Below, piece after piece: positions 37,720 through 45,774 of a DNA stretch of 64,000 nt. Both the position numbers and the translations under genes were made by a program. Source of the DNA: an uncultured Candidatus Rokubacteria bacterium (GTDB taxonomy: Bacteria > Methylomirabilota > Methylomirabilia > Rokubacteriales > DASRDR01); assembly GCA_963826115.1 (NCBI GenBank), contig CAWGVS010000010.1, positions 64,001 through 128,000 on the forward strand. The letters are read 5' to 3'. How positions within the stretch are numbered: position 1 is the stretch's first letter; each line of letters begins with the position of its first letter. The notes beneath the pieces are model-generated. The model searched no databases. It was not told the origin of the DNA and saw only the letters and a list, made by a program, of their open reading frames with translations.

Positions 37720-37751
37720 AGAACGCTTGTCGCTCGCGCGACACCGTGTCG
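37720..37751. promoter_or_regulatory. Putative bEBP enhancer (UAS) copy
   Basis: agaac-GCT-TGTCG-CTCGCG-CGACA-CCG-TGTCG, between two divergent sigma54 boxes. Confidence 0.65.
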
Positions 37752-37782
37752 GGCCGCGCTACCGAGACGGTCCGCGCCGCCG

Positions 37783-37798
37783 GGGCATGCGGCTTGCT
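37783..37798 (+). promoter_or_regulatory. sigma54 -24/-12 promoter (pafA)
   Basis: GGGCATGCGGCTTGCT, 14 nt before ATG 37813. Confidence 0.7.
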
Positions 37799-37812
37799 TC
37801 GTCGAGCTCGGG

Positions 37813-39165
37813 ATGAAGCGCCGCATCTTCGGCCTGGAGAACGAGTATGGCGTGACCTGCACGGCGGGCGGCCAGATGCTCCTCAGCGCCGACGTGCTCG
37901 CCCGCTACCTGTTCGAGGAGCTCCTCCCGTTCGCCATCACGCCGAACGTGTTCCAGGAGAACGGGGCGCGACTGTACGTCGACACCGGGTTCCATCCCGA
38001 GTACGCGACGCCCGAATGCGACGACCTGCTCGACCTGGTGGCGTACGACCGCGCGGGGGAGCGGATCCTTCAGGACCTGGTGCGGCGCGCGCAGCGGGCG
38101 CTGCCCGAGCGCGGGGTCCGCGGCCGCATCCAGGTGTTCAAGAACAACACGGACTCCGCCGGGAACTCCTACGGGTGCCACGAGAACTACCTCGTCTCGC
38201 GAGACACGCCCTTCGCGGCACTGGTGGAAGCGCTCATTCCGTTTCTCGTGAGCCGCCAGATCTTCGCGGGCGCCGGCAAGGTCTACCGGGGGCCGAACGG
38301 CGCCGAGTACCACCTGAGCCAGCGCGCCCAGCACATCGCGGACGAGCTGTCCGGGTCCACGGTCTCCGGGCGACCGATCATCAACACGCGCGACGAGCCG
38401 CACGCGGACGCTCAGCGCTTCCGTCGGCTGCACGTGATCGTCGGCGACTCGAACATGTCGGAGGTGGCCACCTACCTGAAGGTCGGCACGACCGCGCTCG
38501 TGCTGGACATGATCGAGGACGGGTTCCTGGAGTGTGATCTCCGGCTGGAGTCCCCCGTCGCAGCCCTGCGGGCGATCTCCGGCGATCCCACGCTGCGTGG
38601 GCGAGTGCGCCTTCGGGACGGCCGGGCCCTCAGCGCGTTGGAGCTCCAGCTGACCTATCTCGAGGCGAGCCAGGCGTACGTCCGGCGCGCGGGGTCGGAC
38701 CCGCGCGCGGAGGCGGTCCTCACGCGGTGGGCGGACGTGCTCGCGCGACTCGGCCGCGACCCGATGAGCGCGCACGGCCAGGTGGACTGGGTGGCCAAGA
38801 AGCGCCTCATCGACCGCTACCGGGAGAAGCACGGCTGCGCGCCGGAGGACCCCCGCCTGGCCTTGCTCGACCTCCAGTATCACGACGTCGACGAGGACCG
38901 CAGCCTCCACTATCTCCTCGCCCGCCGGAACGAGATCGAGCGGCTGGTCGCGGACGACCGCGTCGAGCGCGCGAAGCGCCGTCCTCCGCAGACGACGCGG
39001 GCGCGCCTCCGCGGCGACTTCATCCGCCGCGCCAACCTCCGGGGGTGGGAGTACCAGGTGGACTGGGCCTACGTGCGGACGATCGTCGGGGCGGACAGCC
39101 ACACGGTCGTCTGCCAGGATCCCTTCGTGGCCCACGACGAGCGCGTGGAGCGGCTGGTCGCCTGA
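37813..39165 (+). CDS. pafA: Pup--protein ligase
   Basis: MKRRIFGLENEYG, NGARLYVDTGFHPEYATPEC, KNNTDSAGNSYGCHENY, RPIINTRDEPHADAQRFRRLHVIVGDSN, TTRARLRGDFI. Confidence 0.9.
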   Translation: MKRRIFGLENEYGVTCTAGGQMLLSADVLARYLFEELLPFAITPNVFQENGARLYVDTGFHPEYATPECDDLLDLVAYDRAGERILQDLVRRAQRALPERGVRGRIQVFKNNTDSAGNSYGCHENYLVSRDTPFAALVEALIPFLVSRQIFAGAGKVYRGPNGAEYHLSQRAQHIADELSGSTVSGRPIINTRDEPHADAQRFRRLHVIVGDSNMSEVATYLKVGTTALVLDMIEDGFLECDLRLESPVAALRAISGDPTLRGRVRLRDGRALSALELQLTYLEASQAYVRRAGSDPRAEAVLTRWADVLARLGRDPMSAHGQVDWVAKKRLIDRYREKHGCAPEDPRLALLDLQYHDVDEDRSLHYLLARRNEIERLVADDRVERAKRRPPQTTRARLRGDFIRRANLRGWEYQVDWAYVRTIVGADSHTVVCQDPFVAHDERVERLVA

Positions 39166-39181
39166 TCCGGCCTCGGGCCTG

Positions 39182-39349
39182 TCAGTTCGGGCAGTTCACG
39201 ACCGCCCACACCGCCGGCTCACCGTCGGGCCAGGTCAGGACCGGGCAGACGACGACCTGCACGTTCTGGAGGCGCTCCACCAGCGCCCCGCCGGCGAAGA
39301 TCTGCTCCATCATCACGCTGATCAGGGTGGCCAGGTCCCGCTGATCCAT
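39182..39349 (-). CDS. Unannotated 55-aa protein
   Basis: GAGGAG RBS. MDQRDLATLISVMMEQIFAGGALVERLQNVQVVVCPVLTWPDGEPAVWAVVNCPN with GC3-rich codons. Confidence 0.7.
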   Translation of the reverse strand: MDQRDLATLISVMMEQIFAGGALVERLQNVQVVVCPVLTWPDGEPAVWAVVNCPN

Positions 39350-39395
39350 GCGTCATCTCCTCGTCTCGGGCGCGACCCCCCGGCCCCGCGCACCG

Positions 39396-39427
39396 AGACA
39401 CGGCGTCGCCGGGGCGCCAGCGTGGCG
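39396..39427. promoter_or_regulatory. Putative bEBP enhancer (UAS) copy (degenerate)
   Basis: AGACA-CGG-CGTCG-CCGGGG-CGCCA-GCG-TGGCG. Confidence 0.5.
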
Positions 39428-39445
39428 TGCGCGGCTGACGGCCGC

Positions 39446-40186
39446 TCAGGCGTCGCCGCGCCACGCGCGACCGCGCTCATAGCCCGCGCGGAACGCGGAC
39501 TCCTCTGACGCCGGCCCGTGACGATCGCGGAGCCGCGCGCGCGCCTCGTCGTACGGTGTCGCCTCCGCGCCGAGGCGCGCGGCGGCGTCGAATCCCTGGC
39601 GGTAGAGTGGCTCGTCCTTCTGAAAGTTGCCGCCCTGACGCGTGTACTCGACCTCCTCGGCGTTGCGGAGGCCGATCCACCACTCGTCTCGCGCGGCGTC
39701 CACGCTCTCGGCCCCGCACGACCGGAGGAGCTCGCGCACGCGGGCGGCCTCGGCCTCGTGGTCGGTCGTCACGACCACGAGGCTGCGCCCCTTGCGGAGC
39801 GCGTCCCGGTAGACGTAGAGCTCGTCGGTCGGGAGCCCCTTGGACAGGGCCTCGTCGAGCTTCGATCCGACCGCGCCACCGGTCATCGCGCCGACGAGCC
39901 CGAGGACGACCGCACCGGCCAGGAGGACGGGGCCGACGCCCGGCAGCACCAGCGACGCGGCCGCGAGGCCACCGGCGGTGCCGGCGGCGCCGCCGACCAC
40001 ACCGCCGATCGTCCCGCCGATGCCCGGCGCCTCGGCGTCGGTCGTCGGCACCGCGCGGACCGCGCGCTCCGGCTCCGCGGGCGCGAGCAGGCTCACGTGA
40101 CGGTCGGGGATTCCGATCTGGCGAAGGGCCTCGACGATGCGCTGCGCGTCCGACTGCCGGGATACCACGCCGACGACCGCCTGCAT
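39446..40186 (-). CDS. General stress protein-like membrane protein (YflT-like N-terminus, Gly-zipper)
   Basis: AQRIVEALRQIGI..VSLL, GGVVGGAAG..LPGVGPVL, YRDALRKGRSLVVV. RBS GAGGAGGAG. Confidence 0.75.
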   Translation of the reverse strand: MQAVVGVVSRQSDAQRIVEALRQIGIPDRHVSLLAPAEPERAVRAVPTTDAEAPGIGGTIGGVVGGAAGTAGGLAAASLVLPGVGPVLLAGAVVLGLVGAMTGGAVGSKLDEALSKGLPTDELYVYRDALRKGRSLVVVTTDHEAEAARVRELLRSCGAESVDAARDEWWIGLRNAEEVEYTRQGGNFQKDEPLYRQGFDAAARLGAEATPYDEARARLRDRHGPASEESAFRAGYERGRAWRGDA

Positions 40187-40230
40187 GAGACTCCTCCTCT
40201 CGGGGTCCTTCGAGCCCCTGACGACGATCG

Positions 40231-40246
40231 AGCAAGAGGGGTGCCA
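40231..40246 (-). promoter_or_regulatory. sigma54 -24/-12 promoter
   Basis: TGGCACCCCTCTTGCT (minus strand). Confidence 0.8.
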
Positions 40247-40251
40247 CCGGC

Positions 40252-40267
40252 CGGCATCGGGGTTGCA
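40252..40267 (+). promoter_or_regulatory. sigma54 -24/-12 promoter (back-to-back with the previous one)
   Basis: CGGCATCGGGGTTGCA, 13 nt before GTG 40281. Confidence 0.65.
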
Positions 40268-40280
40268 CCGTGTGTGAGGC

Positions 40281-40721
40281 GTGAGACGCGCGCAGCTGGG
40301 CCGTCGGAGTGCGGGCGGTGCGGGCGTGCGGTGGCGGGCCGGGCGGGCCCGGGGCGACCGCGAGTGGCGCCGCGCCGTGCGGCCGGCGTCGTCGCCCCTC
40401 CGGGACGTCCGGCTCGTCCGGAGCGTCATCGGGCTCCTGGCGCTCTTGCTGGGGGCCTACTGTCTGCTCGCGGCCGCGACGGCGCTCTACGCCGACACGG
40501 CGTCCGGCCACCCGAATCCGGCGGAGCTGGCGGCCCGCGAGCGCTACCGGTGGCCCGGGTGGATCCCGATCGGGTTCCTCGCCCTCGTCGTGATCTACGT
40601 GGGGGCCGTCGCCGCGCGGCGGGTTGCCGGGCGGCCACGGCCCGGGCCGCCCTCCACCCAGGACCCCCCGCCGGTCACGCCGTCCGGGCGCGCCCGGCCC
40701 CGCGACCCCGCGTCGCGCTGA
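40281..40721 (+). CDS. Hypothetical two-TM protein
   Basis: Two hydrophobic helices. Start coincides with the predicted sigma54 start site. Confidence 0.55.
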   Translation: MRRAQLGRRSAGGAGVRWRAGRARGDREWRRAVRPASSPLRDVRLVRSVIGLLALLLGAYCLLAAATALYADTASGHPNPAELAARERYRWPGWIPIGFLALVVIYVGAVAARRVAGRPRPGPPSTQDPPPVTPSGRARPRDPASR

Positions 40722-40748
40722 GCGCCTCCGGCGCGGGACGTCCGCGCG

Positions 40749-41276
40749 TCAGGCGCGGTCCGCGGCCGCGAGACCCGAGCGCCTCCGCAGCAGCACCAGC
40801 GCGACGACGAAGGCGAGGACCATGACCGTGAGGAGCCCGAGCTCCAGCATGGCGTGGAGGAACACCGTGCCGCCCTCCTGGGCGAGCTTGGCGAACTCCG
40901 CGGTGACCACGAGGATCCGCCGCGTCGCCGCGATGAGACCGACGATGAGGAATGGCTCGGGCACGAGCGTGTGCTCCCGGAAGGAGACCTGCACCGTGTA
41001 GAGGAGCTCCACGAGCATCACCACGAGCAGGACCCGGTCGAGGAGGTCGATGATCGGGCCCGGCATCGCGCCGCCGAGCAGCTGGCGTCCGAACGCCACC
41101 GTCCCGTCGACGAGGAGCGCCAGGGCGCCGGCGGCGAGCAGGAGCCCGAGCCCGACGTAGACGACGTCCTCGACGCGCGTGAAGCTCTGGGCGATCCGCT
41201 CGCGCACGGCCGGCGGGATGCCGCCGGGCGCCGGCGCGCCGGCGGCGACCCGCGGGCTCTTGTCGTGTGTCGCCAC
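40749..41276 (-). CDS. PsiE-family membrane protein
   Basis: LLDRVLLVVMLVELLYTV..LVPEPFLIVGLIAATRRILV. Confidence 0.85.
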   Translation of the reverse strand: MATHDKSPRVAAGAPAPGGIPPAVRERIAQSFTRVEDVVYVGLGLLLAAGALALLVDGTVAFGRQLLGGAMPGPIIDLLDRVLLVVMLVELLYTVQVSFREHTLVPEPFLIVGLIAATRRILVVTAEFAKLAQEGGTVFLHAMLELGLLTVMVLAFVVALVLLRRRSGLAAADRA

Positions 41277-41293
41277 CGGGGAGAGCGCCGACG

Positions 41294-41992
41294 TCAGGGG
41301 AGCTGTTTCAACGCCTGGATGCGGTCGTTCGTTCCGGGATGCGTTGCGAACCAGCCGCCCCCATTACCGCCACCCTCGGAGGCGGCGAGCCAGGTCAGGG
41401 TGCTCACCATCGCCTCCTTCGACGATCCGACGCGCCGGAGCAGCGTCACCCCATGCTTGTCGGCCTCGAGCTCCTCCGAGCGGCTGTACTTGCGCGTGAT
41501 CAGGGTGCCCGCGATGGGGGTGATGATCGCCGCGTTGGGGATGACCTGCTCGATGATCGCCGAGCCGAGCGCGACTCCGGTCTGAAGCCGTTGCGCCTTC
41601 GCGACGTGCCCGAGATCGTTGTGCGCCATCTCGTGCGCCATCACCGCGCGTAGCTGCTCGTCGTTCGCGCGATCGAGCAGGCCGCGCGTCACGTAGAACT
41701 CGCCGTTCCCGGCGTTGGCGGCGTTGATGCTCTTGTCCGCCATGATGCCGACCGTGAGCTGCTTGGGCGGGTGGTCGGCGACCCGCGCGAGCGGCTCGAT
41801 GATCCCGCGGAGCCGTGCGGCGTCCTGGGCGCTGACCTTCTCCAGGGCGGGGCCGGAATCTGCGGCCCGGCCGCCGGACTGGCCCGCGCCGTCGGAGACG
41901 GGACCCGTGGCGCAGCCGGCGACCAGCAGGGCCGCGAGCGCGAGGCCGGCGTGTCTCGTGCGGATGGTCGACGTTGAGCGCATGGGCGTCAT
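41294..41992 (-). CDS. M48-family metallopeptidase lipoprotein
   Basis: Lipobox LVAGC, INAAN, AVMAHEMAH (HExxH), YSRSEELEAD, FATHP. RBS AGGAG. Confidence 0.9.
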   Translation of the reverse strand: MTPMRSTSTIRTRHAGLALAALLVAGCATGPVSDGAGQSGGRAADSGPALEKVSAQDAARLRGIIEPLARVADHPPKQLTVGIMADKSINAANAGNGEFYVTRGLLDRANDEQLRAVMAHEMAHNDLGHVAKAQRLQTGVALGSAIIEQVIPNAAIITPIAGTLITRKYSRSEELEADKHGVTLLRRVGSSKEAMVSTLTWLAASEGGGNGGGWFATHPGTNDRIQALKQLP

Positions 41993-42047
41993 CTCCTGGT
42001 GTTCGCGGGACGGGCCACGGGTGTCCCGGTTGTTTGACCAGGAAATG

Positions 42048-42063
42048 AGCAAGGCACATGCCA
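42048..42063 (-). promoter_or_regulatory. sigma54 -24/-12 promoter
   Basis: TGGCATGTGCCTTGCT (minus strand). Confidence 0.8.
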
Positions 42064-42129
42064 CGCCGAACGCCGCGTTCCGGCGTGCGACACCGCCCGT
42101 GAGTGGCGCCGGCACGCGAGGAAACCGGA

Positions 42130-42161
42130 CGCCAGCGCGTCGCGCGCTCGACACCGTGTCG
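42130..42161. promoter_or_regulatory. Putative bEBP enhancer (UAS) copy
   Basis: CGCCA-GCG-CGTCG-CGCGCT-CGACA-CCG-TGTCG. Confidence 0.68.
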
Positions 42162-42388
42162 TCGGCGCGCGCGTCCCAGGCTCGCGGCGCGCCGCCCTCC
42201 AGGAGACACACCGCGTCGGGCTCGAGGGTCTGCGGCGCGACCGTCTCCACGCAGGACAGGTGGAGCGCGTCGCGGTCGCGGAACCGGTACCCCACCGCGA
42301 GGTCGCCGCCGCCGGTCAGGATGAAGTCGCCTCGCCCTGGACCGCCTCGTCTACTCGGGCGAGCCCATCAGCGCGCCGCCGCTCTGCA

Positions 42389-42775
42389 TCACGAGCGACC
42401 GGTGGACCGCCGGGAGGATCGCGCGCGTGTGGCCCCGGAGGCCCCGGCGGCGCGCCGGCCGTTTCCCGTCGGAGCGTCCGGCTCGAGCGCCGTGATGGGG
42501 CGCTCCGTGAACAGGAACGCGCGTAGCACCTCGTCGAAGCTCGGGTCTCGCCGCCGGATCCACTCCAGCACCATTGCCGCGTGCTCCTTCTCCTCGTCCC
42601 GGTTGTGCCGGAGGATGGCCTTCAGCTCGCCGTCGGCGGCCGCCTCGATGCGCTGCTGGTACCAGTCGATCGCCTCGAGCTCCTCCATCAGGCTGACGAT
42701 CGCCCGGTGCATGTCGCGCGTGCCGGGCGTGAGCGCCTCCTCGGCCTCGTGAAACCCCGCGGAGCCTCCTGCCAT
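42389..42775 (-). CDS. Encapsulated-ferritin (EncFtn)-like ferroxidase
   Basis: HRAIVSLMEELEAIDWYQQR...ILRHNRDEEKEHAAMVLEWIRR. RBS AGGAG. Confidence 0.9.
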   Translation of the reverse strand: MAGGSAGFHEAEEALTPGTRDMHRAIVSLMEELEAIDWYQQRIEAAADGELKAILRHNRDEEKEHAAMVLEWIRRRDPSFDEVLRAFLFTERPITALEPDAPTGNGRRAAGASGATRARSSRRSTGRS

Positions 42776-42819
42776 GTCGGGTCTCCTGTCTCGCGGGCGC
42801 GGGCCCGCGGCGTCATCGG

Positions 42820-45774
42820 TCAGCGCTCGTTAGCGGCCTCGAGGAGCGCGACCGGAAGGACGGCGAGCGCGGCGTCCAGCGGAAGGCCGGCCTGGCCCTC
42901 GCGGGTCGAGGGGACGACATCCTCTCCCGTCAGCGCGTTGCGGAAGACGCGAGACGCCCACGCCGTTGGCAGCGGGAGCCACGTCGCGGCCCACACCGAC
43001 GCCCCGAGCGGGGGGGCGGCGAGGTGGAGGCGCGCGAGGAAGCGCGGCGCGACCGCGATCGCCACGTCGTCGCCGAACGCGCGTCCGAACGCCACCACGT
43101 GCTCCCCGCGAAGCCCGCGGCCCTCCAGCGGCACGTAGGCTCCTTCGGCGAAGAGGGCCGCCCGGCGCCGCCGGCAGTCGAGGGCGCGATGGATGAGGTA
43201 CAGCTTGACCCGCCCGTCCTCCTTCGTCGCGAGGAGCGACGCGGCGAGCGCGGCGAGGTCGGCGTCCGGCGCCTCGAGCCGCGCCCGGATTCCGCGGAGG
43301 TCGGTCGCGAGGCGCGCGTAGTCCGGCGGCCGCCGGTTGTCCGGGTCGACCAGGCTCAGGTCCCACTCCTCGGCGCCCTGGTAGATGTCGGGCACCCCGG
43401 GCGCGGCGAGCTTCAGGAGGGTCTGCGCGAGCGAGTTGTAGACGCCCGCGTCCGCGATCCGCGCCTGGAACGGCCGGAAGTCGGCGAGGAACGGGTTGTC
43501 CCCCGGCGCGGCCGCGATGGCGCCGAGCAGGCGGCGGAGCGGGCCGCGCGCCCCCCCGGAGGGCGCGGACGGAGCGAGGATTGCCGCGACGAAGCGGGCC
43601 ACGGCCGCCTCGTACGCGGGGTTGGGGTGCACCCAGCTCGCGTGGACCTTGGCCTCGCGGATCGCCTTGAACGCGTACTGCTGGACGCGTCCCACGAAGG
43701 CGCCGCGCGTGGCCTCGTCCGAGTCGCCGGCCGGCCACGCGCCGAGCAGCGTCTGATACAAGAGGTACTCCTCGTTGGGGTCGGGCGCCGGCTGGCCGTC
43801 CACCACCGTGCGATGGCGGCGGTTGAGGCGGTGCCAGAGGCGCACCCGGGTCCGCCACTCGTGCGGGATCTCCGAGAGGACGTTGATCCGCGCGCGGACG
43901 TCCTCCCCACGCTTGGTGTCGTGGGTGGAGGTCGCCGACATCGCGTGCGGCCACCGCGCCGCGCGCTCCGCGTTCAGCCGGTGGAACTCCTCGAGGGGCG
44001 TGCCGACGCGGCCGGGCGCGCCGCCGACCTCGTTCAGCGAGATGAGCCGGAGGTAGCGGTAGAAGGCGGTGTCCTCCACGCCCTTGGCGGTGACCGGGCC
44101 CGTCAGCTGCTGGAACCGGCGCACGAAGTCGAGGTCGCCCGCGCGGCAGAGGAGGTCGGCGACGAAGTCGAAGATGGACGGGTTCGTCGTCGGGCTCCGG
44201 CGCTTCGCCTCGGCCACCGCGTTGGCCACGTGGGCGCGGTCCGGGGGGGACGCCGCCGGCCCGTCGTCGCCGATGTAGGTCCGGTATACCGGGAAACACG
44301 CGAGGATCTCGCGCAGCCCCTCGGTGAGGCTCCGGCCGGTGAAGTCGCGGGACTCGCGGCGCTCGCCGGCCAGCCGCGCGAGACGCCGGCCCAGCACGCT
44401 CACCTCGCCGGCCATGGTCGTCTCCGTGACCAGCCGGCGCGCCGCGTGCACGACGTCGGCGAAGGGCGCGGCGAGGCCCGTGAGCTGCTGGTAGGTCTGG
44501 TCGAGCCTCCGCGCGCCCTTCGGGTCCACGAAGATCCCGTTCAGCGCGTTGAGGAACTCGTACCCGGTCGTGCCGTGGACCGGCCAGTGAGCGGGCAGGG
44601 ATTCTCCCGGCATCAGAACCTTCTCGACCACCACGTAGAACGGGCGGTCGGCCGGGCCGGGCTCCCGGTCCCCCGACTGCGCGCGCGCGCACCGCTCGCG
44701 GAGCTCGGCAAGGTAGCGCGCGGGGTGGTAGAGGCCGTCGGGGTGGTCGATCCGGAGGCCGGTGATGCGTCCCTCGGCGACGAGCCGGAGGAGTAGCCGG
44801 TGGGCCGCGTCGAAGACGGCCGGATCCTCCACGCGGATGGCCGCCAGGTCGTTGACGTCGAAGAAGCGCCGGTAGTTGATCTCGTCCCCGGCGACGCCCC
44901 AGTAGGCGACGCGGTACGCCTGCGCGCGGAGGAGCGTGTCGAGGCGGTCGAAGCTCTCGGGCCGGCCGAGCGTGCCGTTCATGAGATGGAGCGTGTCCTC
45001 GACCTGCGCCTTCACCGCCGGCGTGTCCCGCACGAGGGCGTCGAGACGGCGCTTGACGGCGTCCGCCGCGCGGGCGCGCTCGGCCCCGCCTCCCGCCGCG
45101 CCGCTGCCGGCCCGGGGCGGCAGGCGGCGAGCGGCGGCGACGATGCTCCGGAGCTCGGCGCCGTGCCGGCCCTCATCCCCGAGCGAGGCGTCGGGCTCGC
45201 CCGGTCGCGTGGCCAGGATGTCGGGGTAGGTGCCGGGGTCGATCGGCAGCGCGTGCTCCCAGTAGCGGACCACGAAGGCCCCGTCCTCGTACTGGAGCCG
45301 GAGCTCCTGGCGCTCGAGCACGCGGCCGTAGTGATCCTCGAGGATCGGGAGAAGCACGCGGTCGCGGAGCTCGGGCCGGAGGGGCTCCCAGTCGATGTCG
45401 AAGAAGGACGCGAACGCCGAGGCCGGCCCGTGCTCGAGCACGTCCTGCCACCAGGCGTTCCGGCGGCACGCGATGCCCATGTGGTTCGGGACCACGTCGA
45501 CGACCTGCCCCATCCCGTGCGCCCGAAGCGCGTCGCCGAGCGCCGCGTACGCGACTTCTCCGCCCAGCGCCTCGTTGAGCTGCCCGTGATCCGCCACGTC
45601 GTAGCCGTGGGAGTCCGGCGCGCAGGGCTGGAGAATCGGCGAGAGGTAGCAGTCCGTGACGCCGAGCTCCGCCAGGTACGGGACGAGGTCGCGGGCGCCC
45701 GCGAACGTGAGCCCGGCCCCGAGCTGGAGCCGGTACGTGGCGCCGGGGAGGCGCGGGCCGGCGGCGGCCCTCAC
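42820..45774 (-). CDS. treY: Malto-oligosyltrehalose synthase
   Basis: ATYRLQL, DVVPNHMG, INYRRFFDVNDL, GLRIDHPDGL, TSTHDTKRGED, PGVPDIYQG, SLVDPDNRRP. Confidence 0.95.
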   Translation of the reverse strand: MRAAAGPRLPGATYRLQLGAGLTFAGARDLVPYLAELGVTDCYLSPILQPCAPDSHGYDVADHGQLNEALGGEVAYAALGDALRAHGMGQVVDVVPNHMGIACRRNAWWQDVLEHGPASAFASFFDIDWEPLRPELRDRVLLPILEDHYGRVLERQELRLQYEDGAFVVRYWEHALPIDPGTYPDILATRPGEPDASLGDEGRHGAELRSIVAAARRLPPRAGSGAAGGGAERARAADAVKRRLDALVRDTPAVKAQVEDTLHLMNGTLGRPESFDRLDTLLRAQAYRVAYWGVAGDEINYRRFFDVNDLAAIRVEDPAVFDAAHRLLLRLVAEGRITGLRIDHPDGLYHPARYLAELRERCARAQSGDREPGPADRPFYVVVEKVLMPGESLPAHWPVHGTTGYEFLNALNGIFVDPKGARRLDQTYQQLTGLAAPFADVVHAARRLVTETTMAGEVSVLGRRLARLAGERRESRDFTGRSLTEGLREILACFPVYRTYIGDDGPAASPPDRAHVANAVAEAKRRSPTTNPSIFDFVADLLCRAGDLDFVRRFQQLTGPVTAKGVEDTAFYRYLRLISLNEVGGAPGRVGTPLEEFHRLNAERAARWPHAMSATSTHDTKRGEDVRARINVLSEIPHEWRTRVRLWHRLNRRHRTVVDGQPAPDPNEEYLLYQTLLGAWPAGDSDEATRGAFVGRVQQYAFKAIREAKVHASWVHPNPAYEAAVARFVAAILAPSAPSGGARGPLRRLLGAIAAAPGDNPFLADFRPFQARIADAGVYNSLAQTLLKLAAPGVPDIYQGAEEWDLSLVDPDNRRPPDYARLATDLRGIRARLEAPDADLAALAASLLATKEDGRVKLYLIHRALDCRRRRAALFAEGAYVPLEGRGLRGEHVVAFGRAFGDDVAIAVAPRFLARLHLAAPPLGASVWAATWLPLPTAWASRVFRNALTGEDVVPSTREGQAGLPLDAALAVLPVALLEAANER

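Noticed and set aside
37813-39165. Dop deamidase or a complete Pup-proteasome locus
   Set aside because: The motifs and length fit PafA better, and no pup, arc or prc genes are in the window.
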